Notes under the pieces: generated by a model
What the model saw: the letters and a program-made list of their open reading frames with translations, nothing else
What the model was told of the DNA's origin: nothing
Databases searched by the model: none
Program-made: the position numbers and the translations under genes
Shown: one piece after another, positions 1 through 11,834 of the stretch
How positions within the stretch are numbered: position 1 is the first letter of the stretch
How the letters are laid out: each line of letters opens with the position of its first letter
Assembly: GCA_030704615.1 (NCBI GenBank)
Contig: CM060733.1
Location: forward strand, 33,480,001-33,544,000
Direction: 5' to 3'
DNA length: 64,000 nucleotides
Source: Takakia lepidozioides
Lineage: Eukaryota; Plantae; Bryophyta

Positions 1-94
1 AAGCGTTTGAAGGGGCCAGAGCGGCCAAGGCCCTGCAACGTCTTTTTGCGAGATAGCATGCAAGCTTCCATTAACTGAGGCCAAAGACAAGCTT

Positions 95-634
95 TTGAAG
101 GGTTGGCGGCTCTCGTGGGCTAAAGTTGGTGTTCCGCAGTTCACAATAGCTGGGGAGGTTTCTGGCGAGTGCGAGAACTTCCTTCCGCCCAATTTACCCA
201 GTGCGCATCGTCTGTGGGAGCTGGTGAAAGGTGACAGTTCTCTTGTCTTGGCCAACCTGAGGCCCACCTGGAAACCTGATTACAATGTGGACATAACTTG
301 GGATGACCATATTGCAGGCATTCCCGTCGCTCACTTTCCTCATGCTGTGCATGAAATTTTAATTTTCCCTGCTATTGTGTTTAGACATGAAAGATTGGGT
401 TATTACTTGCCTGGATTTCCTGTCACTGATTATCCGGTGCATACACTGCTTGCCAAGGAGAAGCTTATCCGCTCCATTGTTAGAGTGGCTTTCTGGCTCA
501 AAGTAGACGAGGAACTGTGGCACTTTATGGATGAAGGTGTTTACATGCTTCACAAACACAGATTTATAAGTGGCTATTGCATCAAGGACCAGGAGTCCAA
601 ATTGCGGCGTGCACGATCCTCTAGCAAAAGGTAA
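95..634 (+). CDS. Unassigned ORF upstream of and overlapping gag (possibly a frameshifted gag N-terminal extension)
   Basis: 179-aa ORF with normal composition that overlaps the gag ORF at 570; no motif recognised. Confidence 0.3.
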   Translation: MKGWRLSWAKVGVPQFTIAGEVSGECENFLPPNLPSAHRLWELVKGDSSLVLANLRPTWKPDYNVDITWDDHIAGIPVAHFPHAVHEILIFPAIVFRHERLGYYLPGFPVTDYPVHTLLAKEKLIRSIVRVAFWLKVDEELWHFMDEGVYMLHKHRFISGYCIKDQESKLRRARSSSKR

Positions 635-1819
635 CACCTTTGTTTTTATCAAACAGACTACAATGCCTGTCACTACTCGGTTTTGCAAGGAGCCATGGAA
701 TGTACTAGATGAGTTGGATGATTTGGATCTTACTGATGATGTGAAAGTTGACGGTGACACTTTTCCTGATCCTATGTCTGAAACCTTGTCTCCCGAGGAG
801 CCACTGCCAGGTGATGATACCAGTCCGACCCAAGGGGTCCTTCTAGCCTCTGGTAATGTGCCTAACCTCAATATTCAGGGCATTTGTGATGCTATGGCTA
901 CGTTGTCTAGTTGTCCTGCTCTTATGCAGCTCTTTTTGGATAAGCAAGTAGGTTCGCCCTCAGTTACCAAGCTCAAGGAGGTCCATCGTGTTCACAAACG
1001 GCCTTATCCTGGCTATGAGGTAGGCCAGGACTTTGACAACTTCCTCAATTTTTTTGAGATGAGTGTCAAATTCAATGAGCTGCCAACTTCTATGATTACT
1101 GATTCCTTTCGTTTTTGTCTCAAAGGTGAGGCTCGTGACCTCTTTGCAACTAGCATCAAGGATCAGGGTGAGTTGCGATGGGGAGTGGCCAAACAGTTGG
1201 CGCTTCAGTTGTTTCGTGCAGACACGCCCATCAAGTACACCATGCCCGATCGTCCTTATCAACCTGGTGAGAGTATCTAGAAATACTACACTGACTTGAA
1301 AACCACGGTGGTCAAGGCCATTCCGGTACCTTCTGAACGCACTGCCATACTTAAAACCTACTTCATTACCGGATTACCTGCCTCTGATCAAGTCTACTTA
1401 CAAAAGCATCCTTATCGCAATGAGAGGCATATGGTAGAGATGATGGATGAGCACATGAGGTTTAAGAATGCTAAACTAGGCAAAAATTGTCTGCTGTTGT
1501 TCATTCTGCTCATCAACATACTTCCGATGTTCTCATGGGGTTGCCATGGTTAAGGGTGGCTCTACAGAGGCCTCTCCTACATTACTGGAGGAGGTTAAAA
1601 CCCTATAACAAGAGCTGCACACTCAGCTTTAAGCTGTCAGGGCAGAAGGATCCTGGAGGGCCGCACCTGCCAAGCCTCCTCCCGCTGACTATCATCGTGG
1701 CCATACTCAGACTGGCCCACGGTATGAGGTTAAAGGTAAACGTGTGGCATGTTTCATTTGTGGGTCACTTGAGCACTGGACCCGCTTCTGCACCTATGCC
1801 GATCTTGTCCCTGGTATGA
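570..1819 (+). pseudogene. gag: Retrotransposon gag with CX2CX4HX4C zinc knuckle
   Basis: FDNFLNFFE...CLKGEARDLF...YQPGESI*KYYTDLK...FITGLP capsid-like segment; CFICGSLEHWTRFC at ~1750-1791; in-frame stop at 1278. Confidence 0.8.
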
Positions 1820-2732
1820 TTGCAGAACACACACGAATTCAACAAGAACGGAAGGGCAAACAGCCTTTAAATGAAACCAATCGCTTGTGAAGGGCCAAGC
1901 GGTCAGTATCCCACAAACCCTGCAAAAGATGACTTTATTGTTTCTGTGATGTTGTCTAATGAATTCAAATTAATGCAATGTGAAGCGAATATGAAGCTTA
2001 GGAAGGAAAGAGTGCACCATCTCATGACTCAATGTCACATATGGCTCTTCTCGTTTTCCAACGACGCAATGGCATGAGCCTTGCGCGCGAGCGTACGCTC
2101 ACATAGGAGTGACGTGGCGTGAGCGTACGCTCACGCCAACTGACGTGGCATGAGCGTGATGTCAGCAGGCTGATATGGCGACAAATGCTGAAGTGGCACT
2201 GCGCTGTCATCTGCCACGTCAGCATGAATATGCGCCGCCTATAATCGAGGATGGTCCTATGACCGTGGGATTAATGCAGGGAATCCTTGCCTGAATACAA
2301 TGAAGACTACCATGGGGCCTACAATTGTAGGATCGAACATTGTGCAATTACAAATGTTTGTTTCACTTTTACAATTACAAAGACGAGAAAATATCCTCAC
2401 AAAGTATGTGCCATAGAGGCTGCCACGGGAAGACCTTGCTCCTTCCCCAAATAACAATGAGAGTTAGGATCATCTTCAAAAGATGATTGGAGTGCATAGC
2501 GACAGGAAAACATGTAGACTTCGAAAGGTGCAATGATCCATGTGCTTTTAAAAGTTGCCACTCAGAGCTCACTCAGTATAGTTGGAAGCATAATGAAGGG
2601 ATAAGGGACGCCATATCATTGTACCGCCGACGATATTGCAAACGAATTGATTTGAATTGAATTTCCATGACAATGTTGCAAATTGCACATTTCATAGCAT
2701 GGTCATCCACATACCACATTGCATAGCAGATG

Positions 2733-3818
2733 CTACCTATGTGTTGTATCCCGCTGCAATATAATATCGACCTCGTTGAAACTCAGAGTGGCCTGGTGAA
2801 CGAAGTTGTCACGTTTGGGATCGCAAACCATCTTCTTCAAAAATATGAAATACAAATGTTTGTAGGGTATGAATTTACCTCTCTTGCCCAAACTGGTTGA
2901 TAGCATATTCACAAAGTCAGGACATGTGCAATTGGGGAAATGGGAAACCGTGATGTCGTAGGCCCTGTCATGAACAACAGATGTCGAAGTGATCATTGTG
3001 TACACCCGACCATATCCTGGATCGAGCACTTCCGTGGTGCTTGCAACACGAGCTTGGAGCATTCTTGCGGACTCCATTTTGCCAAAGTGTTCAGTGGTTG
3101 GAGGGGAACGCCGAACCAGCTTTCCATCTCGTTTGGTTGGCCACAAGTGAGGATTTGCCGGAGGGACCCGAGAAGATGCAGAATTAGAAGCACATGCATG
3201 CAGTTGGGGTTGTCTCACAAGGGAAAAGTCTGTCTCCTCCAGCATTGCAATCTCCTGACTCATGAGATGTGTTCCCACCTTGACGGGCCAAACTGTTGGA
3301 GGAGCTGGTTTCATCACCACGGAAGGACGCATAGTACCATGCACACATCTACCACAATCGTCTGCGCATAACCAGAACTTGTGGTTCTTGGCTTCTGGTT
3401 GGCCGTATGGACGCATTAAACCCGTGAAAGTCGGAGCAGGAGTCCGGGCACCACCTCTAGATATAGATGAAGTGCACTTTTCGAAATTAGTTGCCCTGAT
3501 CGCTGTACATTTCACACGAGACCCTGCACTTGTGCGTTCTATGTGCCAAACATGGTCGGGGCATGTGGACTCCAACACATCAAGGGGGTAGTTTCTCTCC
3601 TGCATCATTTCAGTGGCACTGTTTGATGCTGGAGCCTACCGTCGTGTCGGAGGTTCCTCCAGAATGGAGGTTCCGGACATGGATCTGTCATGCAGGGGAA
3701 CACGAGGCTTCGAGAAGTTATTACGGTCTGCCCTGTGCGAATCGGAATCCGAACCAGGTGGGATGTTCAATTTCCTCTTACAGGAGCTGAATCTCTCCTC
3801 CTCTTCAAGATAAGGAAT
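2733..3818 (-). pseudogene. SWIM zinc-finger protein ORF carried by the insertion
   Basis: YDITVSHFPNCTCPDF...IPYKHLYFIF is a SWIM motif (CxC...CxH with one Cys replaced by Tyr). Same frame as the upstream ORF 3636..3932, separated by one TAG. No DDE domain seen. Confidence 0.65.
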
Positions 3819-3864
3819 TCTAGAAACAAGTGGCGTTCCCTGGGCATACGAGAAAAAAAAACAG

Positions 3865-6645
3865 AAGTAATGATCGGCGGCACCGACAGAAGTGATGGTC
3901 GGCACCGACCATCGCATCCACCCAAATGCCAAATATCAAAAGCCACCTTAAATTTATTTTAAAAAATAAAATAAAATAAAATCGGAAAGTGATGATAGGT
4001 GGCACCGACAGAAGTGATTCTCGGCACCGACCATCACATCCACCCAAATGCCGAATGTCAAAAGCCAAAAGCCAAAAAAAAAAAAAAAACAGAAAGTGAT
4101 GATCATCGGCGACATTGACAGAAGTGATGGTCGACACTGATCATCGCATCCGCCCTAATGTCAAAGCCAAAAAAAAAGATCAGCGGCACTGACAGAAGTG
4201 ATGGTCGGCACCGACCATCACATCCACCCAAATGCCGAATGTCAAAAGCCAAATAAAAATTATTATTTAAAAAAAAAAAAAAACAGAGAGTGGTGATCGG
4301 TAACAGAAGTGATGGGCGGCACCGATCATCACATCCACCCAAATGCCGAATGTCCAAAAAAAAAAAAAAAACGGAAAGTGATGATCGGTGGCACCGACCA
4401 TCGCATCCACCCAAATGCCGAATGTCAAAAAAAAAAAATAAAAAATGATGATCGGCGGCACTGGCAGAAGTGATGGTCGGCACCGACCATAACATCCGCC
4501 CAGATGCCGAATGTCAAAAGCCAATAAAAAAAATTATTAAAAAAAACAAGAAAAACAAAAAAAAAACAGAAAGTTATGATCAGCGGCACCGACAGAAGTG
4601 ATGGTCGGTGCCGACCATCACATCCACCCAAATGCCGAATGTCGAAAAATTAAAAAAAAAAAAAAAAAAAAACGACAACAACGGAGAGTGGTGATCGGTA
4701 ACAGAATTGATGGTCGGCACCAATCTTCACATCCACCCAAATGCCGAATGTCAAAAAAAAAAAAAAAAAAAACGGAAAGTGATGATCGGCGGCACCGACC
4801 ATCGCATCCACCCAAATGCTGAATGTCAAAAAAATAAAAAATAAAAAATGATGATCGGCGGCACTGGCAGAAGTGATGGTCGGCACCGACCATCGCATCC
4901 GCCCAAATGCCGAATGTCAAAAGCCAATAAAAATAAAAAATAAAAAAATAAAAAAACAGAAAGTGATGATCAACGGCACCGACAGAAGTGATGGTCGGTG
5001 CCCGACCATCACATCCACCCAAATGCCAAATGTCAAAGAAAAAAAAAAAAAAGAAAAAAAAAAAAACAGAGAGTGATGATCGGCAGCACCGATAGTTGTG
5101 ATGGTCGGTACCCAAATGCCGAATGAAAGAAAAGTATTTTAAAAAATAAAATAATAAATGATCGACGGCACCGACAGAAGTGATTTTCGGCACTGATCAT
5201 CACATCCACCCAAATGCCAAATGTCAAATAAATAAATAAATAAATAACCAGAATAATGATCGGCACTGATCATCACATCCTCCCAAATGCCGAATGTCAA
5301 AAAAAAAAAAAAAAAAACAAAAAAACAACAACAACGGAGAGTGGTGATCGGTAACAGAAGTGATGGTCGGCATCGATCATCACATCCACCCAAATGCCGA
5401 ATGTCAAAAAAAAAAAAAAAAAAACGGAAAGTGATGATCGGCGGCACCGACAGAAGGGATTGTCGGCACCGACCATCGCATCCACCCAAATGCTGAATGT
5501 CAAAAAAATAAAAAATAAAAAATGATGATCGGCGGCACTGGCAGAAGTGATGGTCGGCACCGACCATCGCATCCGCCCAAATGCCGAATGTCAAAAGCCA
5601 ATAAAAAAAAATAAAAAAAAATAAAGAAAACAGAAAGTGATGATCAGCGGCACCGACAGAAATGATGGTCGGTGCCCGACCATCACATCCACCCAAATGC
5701 CGAATGTCAAAGAAAAAAAAAAAAAAAAAAAAAAAAACGGAGAGTGATGATTGGCAGCACCGATAGATGTGATGGTCGGCACCCAAATGCCGAATGAAAT
5801 AAAAGTATTTAAAAAAATAAAAAAATAAATGATCAGCGGCACCGATAGAAGTGATTTTCGGCACTGATCATCACATCCACCCAAATGCCAAATGTCAAAT
5901 AAATAAATAAATAAATAACCAGAATAATGATCGGCACTGATCATCACATCCTCCCAAATGCCGAATGTCAAAAAAAAAAACAAAAAAACAAAAAAACAAC
6001 AACAACGGAGAGTGGTGATCGGTAACAGAAGTGATGGTCGGCATCGATCATCACATCCACCCAAATGCCGAATGTCAAAAAAAAAAAAAAAAAAACGGAA
6101 AGTGATGATCGGCGGCACCGACAGAAGGGATTGTCGGGACCGACCATCGCATCCACCCAAATGCTGAATGTCAAAAAAATAAAAAATAAAAAATGATGAT
6201 CGGCGGCACTGGCAGAAGTGATGGTCGGCACCGACCATCGCATCCGCCCAAATGCCGAATGTCAAAAGCCAATAAAAAAAAATAAAAAAAAATAAAGAAA
6301 ACAGAAAGTGATGATCAGCGGCACCGACAGAAATGATGGTCGGTGCCCGACCATCACATCCACCCAAATGCCGAATGTCAAAGAAAAAAAAAAAAAAAAA
6401 AAAAAAACGAAGAGTGATGATTGGCAGCACCGATAGATGTGATGGTCGGCACCCAAATGCCGAATGAAATAAAAGTATTTAAAAAAATAAAAAAATAAAT
6501 GATCAGCGGCACCGATAGAAGTGATTTTCGGCACTGATCATCACATCCACCCAAATGCCAAATGTCAAATAAATAAATAAATAAATAACCAGAAGTAACG
6601 ATCGGCACCGATCATCACATCCACCCAAATGCCGAATGTCAAATG
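3865..6645. repeat. Satellite of hairpin modules separated by poly-A tracts, with a ~670-bp higher-order unit
   Basis: Module GTGATGATCGGCGGCACCGACAGAAGTGATGGTCGGCACCGACCATCACATCCACCCAAATGCCGAATGTCAAAA. Matching landmarks at 5101/5772/6442 and 5287/5958 give a 670-671 bp period. Confidence 0.95.
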
Positions 6646-6904
6646 CAAAAAAAAAATAAAAAAATCTACGGCTATCAATTCCGCGACTATATGCCGTTTT
6701 CTCCCTGTTCTATCCGCGGTCAAAGGTACGCCCATGGAAATGACATGGCGAGGCGTGACGTGGCGTTAACCACGCTGGCGAAGACTGCTGACGTGGCGTC
6801 GGACCCATGAGCCAACGTGGCGAGAACCGGTGACGTGGCGTGAGCTTGGCCGCGCTCACACGCTCACGTGGCCAGGCTCACGCGAGGCATCCGCCCTCGT
6901 TTTC

Positions 6905-7190
6905 ATGTGTTGTTGACACAGACTTCATCATGTCTGTTGTTCCATTGTCCGTGGTTCGACTACTTGGTCTCAAACTCACCCCAGCCACAGATCTGCAGGT
7001 GACCATAGCAGATGGCACGCGTTATGAGCCCCTGGGTTTGGTCACCATCCCTATTAAGGTCAGTTGCAAATCAGTCACACTGACTTGCATAGTTACCATT
7101 GGCGAGCAATTGTTGTTAGGCTTGGATTGGATGTGTGCTGCAGGGGCCAAGATTGATGTGGTTGAAAACATCATGTGGCTTGCCAGTGGC
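6905..7190 (+). pseudogene. Retropepsin (aspartic protease), C-terminal part; N-terminal codons lie at ~2020-2058
   Basis: VVDTDF (degenerate DTG), IADG, LLLGLDWM motifs. Confidence 0.8.
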
Positions 7191-7430
7191 AGCTCCTCGC
7201 CCCACAAGGTGCAGCTCAGCTTTGTCTCCTTGCCTGCTGGTTGTGCCACTGCGCATCTCTCTCACATGCGCACCATTGTTGTTGAAACAAGACGGCAGGC
7301 TGGTGAGCAATACAACTGGACATGTTACTTTAACTTTGCCAAGGCTGCTCCTTCCACCTTGTATCAGTGGCAGCCACCTTTTCCTGGTAAGAAGAGTGGC
7401 CCTCCCATTCCAATCCAAGGTAACACCACT

Positions 7431-7695
7431 CTTCTTCGCAATCCTACTGACTTTGTTATACCTGCCTCCTCCCAAATGATTGTTTATCTTGGCCTCACAT
7501 TTCTTTGTCCACAAGGTAGTTATCTTGAAGTTGAGGGATGGAAACGCTTGATGCTTTCCAAACATTGCTTGATTGCATCTGGGGTACTGGATCGGGGCTT
7601 TCGAGGGGAGCTCAAACTTCTTGTTGCCAACCCAGAACGCATACCAATCACCATCTGCAAGGGTCAGGTCCTAGCACGCCTCACTGCCACCCCAT
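7431..7695 (+). CDS. dUTPase-like domain within the Gypsy pol
   Basis: FVIPASSQMIVYLGL...PQGSYLEV...GVLDRGFRGELKLLVAN...ICKGQVLARL resembles trimeric dUTPase motifs (GxIDxxYRGE; IxxGxRIAQL). Motif 2 (RSS) is degenerate and motif 5 is not seen. Confidence 0.7.
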
Positions 7696-7899
7696 TGACA
7701 GATTTGGGAGAGGTGCAACATGCTTTAAGTTTTGCTGACATTGGCCTGTCAGATGATCTTGTAGATCAATTGCATCTCTTGACACAATCCGTGGCTGCAC
7801 CTAAGGTCCGCCCCCTCACTCCTGCACAATCTGCTCATCTTGACCAGGTCATGACTGATATCAAAATGGGCTCTAGTCTCACTAAAAATGAAAGGTCTC

Positions 7900-9245
7900 A
7901 TCTATATCATGTTATTCGTGACAATCTAGATGTTTTCAGTGCTGGTTCTCATGACTTGGGTCGTACCGATGTTCTCCATCATAACATTGTCACTGAGGGT
8001 AGCCCTGTCAAACAGTATGCTTATAGAGAAAGCGTCAAAGAGCGCGAAATTATGCAAACCGAACTGACCAAGATGCTTGATGCCGGAGTTATTAAACCCT
8101 CTATTTCCCCCTAGGCCAACCCCATCGTGTTGGTTGCCAAGAAAGATGGTACCACTCGTTTCTGTGTTGATTTCCAACGTCTCAATGCCCTAACCAAAAA
8201 GGATGTATATCCCTTACCTCGCATTAATGATACTTTGGATCAACTCAATGGTGCCACTCTCTTCTCTTCCTTGGATCTTGCTACGGGCTTTTGGCAGGTT
8301 CTACTCAAAGAGTCAACCAAGGAGAAAACTGCGTTCACCTGTACGATGGGCCTCCAGTTTGAAACCATGCCTTTTGGATTATGTAATGCCACTGCCACCT
8401 TTCAACGTCTCATGGATATCGTTTTAGGGAACTTGCGCTGGGAATGTGCATTGGTATATGTTGATGACATGAACGTTTACTCAGCTGACTTTGATTCTCA
8501 CATGCTGGATCTGAAGCGAGTTCTGTGCAGGCTTAGAGGAGCAGGCCTCAAAGTAAAAGCCAAGAAATGTGATCTGTGCATGATGAAGCTTCATTTTCTT
8601 GGCCACCTTCTCTCAGCTAAAGGCATTAGCCCTGACCCTGCCAAAATTCAGGCTGTCTGGGAATATCCCACTCCACGTGACAAAGATTGTGTCCGTGCTT
8701 TCCTTGGGTTAGCTTCTTACTATCGTCGTTTCATTAAATACTTTGCTCACATTGCTGTTGTGCTTAATCAGTTGTTATGCAAAGATGTTCGCTTTCTTTG
8801 GGGCCGGTCCCAAATCACTGCTTTCGAGAAACTAGCCCTCACCAGTGCACCCATTCTGGTCTTTCCTGATTTTTGACTGCCTTTTATTCTTCAGACTGAT
8901 GCCTCTGACCTGGCTGCTTCAGCTATTCTATGCCAGAAGAGAGACGGCAGGGAACAAGTGGTGGCCTATGCTTCCAGGCGGCTTGACAAACATGAAAAGA
9001 ACTATAGCATCACTGATAAAGAGGGCCTTCCAGTCATTTTTGGGGTGAAACACTTCAGGCAGTATCTCCATGGCTATCCCTTTGTTATTCAGACTGATCA
9101 TCTTCCATTGAAGGCTCTCAAAACCCCACGAGCACTCTCGGGACGCTTGGCTCGGTGGTCACTTACTCTTCAAATGTTCGAGTACGACATTGAGTACAAG
9201 AAAGGCAAAGCCAACAGCAATGCCGATGCTCTCACCTGCATTGAG
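7900..9245 (+). pseudogene. pol: Gypsy reverse transcriptase and RNase H
   Basis: [68 protein letters not shown]; stops at 8112 and 8874. Confidence 0.95.
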
Positions 9246-9899
9246 ACTAAGTCCTCTGCCCCTTATGTTACCTTAGATGACCTTGCACACTGCTTACCAT
9301 CTGGTGCTTTACCCTTGCCTTCTTCCTCTCCTGACGGATCCAATTTACGTGCTTTGTTTGCTACTGTTCTATTTCTTTCACCTGATCTCATGTCTGAATG
9401 GGATTTGCTTTCCTTTTCTGCTAGTTGATATTGGTTTAGAGTGATGTCCTGCCACTGAGGTCATATTCTAGGTATGATATCTCTCTCTCTTCTCTGATTG
9501 AACTGTACCTTTCTCCTTCTAGTTTTGGTTTTGGCACTGAATCCTCTCCATAGGGAAATCTGCTTATGTGCTTCATTGTCCTTGGTTGCATCTTCATGAA
9601 GTCTCCCTTATCATTCAGTTGAGCTAAAAGCCTTCCCATGGAGATCACTGAGGCGGACACTCCGTTATGCTCACAATAACCCAAGGGCTAGCTATGGCAA
9701 CTGCAACCATGGAGGACCTACTTCACCAAGCCCTCCTCCAGAAGTGTAAGACCAACACTCATCTGTCGGGCCTCTCTTCCCGTCTTATCAGGCAAGTCAG
9801 CTATCATCTCTCCTCTCATAGGGAGCATGAAGGTAAGTTGCTTAAGGTAGTTCATGTTCATGGGCAAGAGACTACCGTGGAGGTCCCTACTAGGAGCTC

Positions 9900-10900
9900 T
9901 ATGCCTACATTGCTTGAGCTTTACCATTGCTCACTATATGCTGGGCATTTAGGCATTGATAAAATTGTCAAGAGACTCCAGGAAAAGTACCATTGGAAGG
10001 GGTTAACTAAGGATGTGGCAGATTTCATTTCTAAGTGTGTTTCATGTAAGTCCAAAACACTATTGTCTAGGACCATCGCTCCTTTTAAATTACAACTAAT
10101 TCCGGTGACTGAGATGTTTGCCCGAGTTGGTCTTGATCTTGTTGGACCCCTCAAAACTACGACTAAGGGCAATAGCTACATTGGTGTGGCTACTGATTAT
10201 CTGTCTAAGTGGGTTGAGATCCGACCATTGGTTGCTAAGGACAGTGACGAGGTGGTTCAATTCTTCTTTGATGAAATCCTGCTACGCCATGGTTGTCCCC
10301 TTAAATTTTAACTGATCAGGGTACGGAGTTTTGTAACCAGCTGATGGAGGTTGTGTGCTTTAATTTAGATGTCAAGCATCGCTTGACTGCTCCTTACAAC
10401 CCCCAGTGCAACAGGCTTACAGAGAGATTCAACAAAACCATGTGCCAGTTGTTAGAAAAGAACGGGGCTCTCACTAAAGAATGAGATGTTACTCTACCCA
10501 TTCTCATATTTGCCTACAGGACCTCGGTACATGCCAACACACGCTTTTCTCCTTTTGAATTATTGTATGGCCGCAAGGCTCGCACCCCTCTTCATGTCCC
10601 TATGCTTCAAACTCAGGTTGAGGAGCCCATCATATGAGAAGAATTTCTTACTCACCTCACTTCTCATCGTTTGGGTTTATTAGAGACGGCTAAACACAAC
10701 ATTCAGGTTTCTCAAGTTGCTCAGGCTAGAAATTATAACCATAGGGTTGTTTACTCTGAAATTTTTTCTCTAGGCCAGACTGTTTGTGTTTGGTTGCAGC
10801 CTGGCAAACATGTCACCAAGTCATGCGGATCGATGGGCCTTATTTGATTCATGCGATTTTGCCAAGTCGACAATACCGTCTCTTTCCTCAACATCCTTCT
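9900..10900 (+). pseudogene. Gypsy DDE integrase
   Basis: YHCSLYAGH...CVSC (HHCC), GLDLVGP, LTDQGTEF (after a frameshift at ~10305), NPQCNRLTERFN, DGPYLI. Confidence 0.9.
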
Positions 10901-11325
10901 ACCGCGGAGATTGCGGGGACTGTTCATGTTTCCCAACTTGTCCCTTAAAGGCGAAATTTGATTTGACCTGCCTCAACGTGGAGAATCGTCATGTGGTTTT
11001 AACTCCCAAGAAGCGTGCTCGGCTTGATTATGCTTCAGTTGCTACCTAGACTTACTCATGACACTATATTTTATTCAGCTAGTCCCTACCTAGGATCCAT
11101 CTCATTTCTCTTTGTAGTTCTCCAGGTTGCACACCTCACGAGATGGGGTTTTTCCCAGCAAGGTTTTGTCCTTTGCTCAAATTGCAGAGCAAGGTTTTTC
11201 TTGTTGCGGTTTTTTTCATCATATCTTGGTGTGACCTTGAGCGACACTGCTCCCTGTCTTGAGCATAGTGTTTGTTAGATGGCTCGATGGAGCTCGCTTC
11301 TCTGTGTGCCAGGAGGCTTTACATA

Positions 11326-11834
11326 TGTAATGACTAGATTCCTTCTACCTACCTTTTCGACATTTGGACGGACAGACGCTGGACGATGACCGTTGGAAAG
11401 AGGCTCGGATGAAACTAGCTGGAAACCATCTATTTTTAAACTAAGTATTGTCTTATGTTAACAACTAGCTTATCTCTAAAATAAAATGAGGTGGCGTCCT
11501 ATCTGGACAGACACCCGGATGAAATCCAAATAACCAATCAGGGCTTGCCACTTGGTTAGATGAGATTGTGGGCCTTCGTTTATAAAAGAGATCAGCACGA
11601 CGCTTAAGGCGCTGGTGTACGTTTGGTGTGTAAACCCTAGTGTACCTGTGTGAGAGATTTGGATGAAGAAGGTGTGAGTGACGATGTGTTGCTAACCCAT
11701 GTGAATGATTTTGACTCCTCTCCGTTGGATCCTGCCTATCTCGCTAGCCTGCTTTACCGAGCACACATCCCCGTGATAGCTCAATACCCGTAGAGGAAGA
11801 GGAATAACGGGGTGGGCGAGAATCTGGCTTTACA
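11326..11834 (+). repeat. Candidate 3' LTR of the Gypsy element
   Basis: TGTAA...TTACA inverted ends, TATAAAAG at 11581, located downstream of the integrase. The partner LTR is not in the window, so this is unconfirmed. Confidence 0.55.

Larger units (their letters stand above)
2059..6895. mobile_element. Non-autonomous MULE-like DNA element inserted in the Gypsy protease
   Basis: 9-bp direct repeat CTCGTTTTC at 2050-2058 and 6896-6904. Removing the insert restores an in-frame HIWLFSFSCVVDTDFIMSVV. Degenerate terminal inverted similarity (GACGC..GCATGAGCCTTGCGCGCGAGCGT vs reverse complement of right end GATGC..GCGTGAGCCTGGCCACGTGAGCGT). Confidence 0.85.
1..11834 (+). mobile_element. Degenerate Ty3/Gypsy LTR retrotransposon (5' end outside window): gag-PR-dUTPase-like-RT-RNaseH-IN
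   Basis: Domain order PR-RT-RH-IN. CCHC knuckle ~1750-1791, RT YVDD, RNase H TDAS/TDH, integrase HHCC and D,D,E plus GPY. Many stops and frameshifts. The right boundary rests on the candidate LTR. Confidence 0.9.

Noticed and set aside
3820-6608. Many Phe-rich or Lys-rich ORFs
   Set aside because: They are translations of the satellite and its poly-A/T tracts.
3865-6645. CRISPR-like array (palindromic repeats with spacers)
   Set aside because: The spacers are poly-A tracts rather than unique sequences, there are no cas genes, and the context is a eukaryotic TE.
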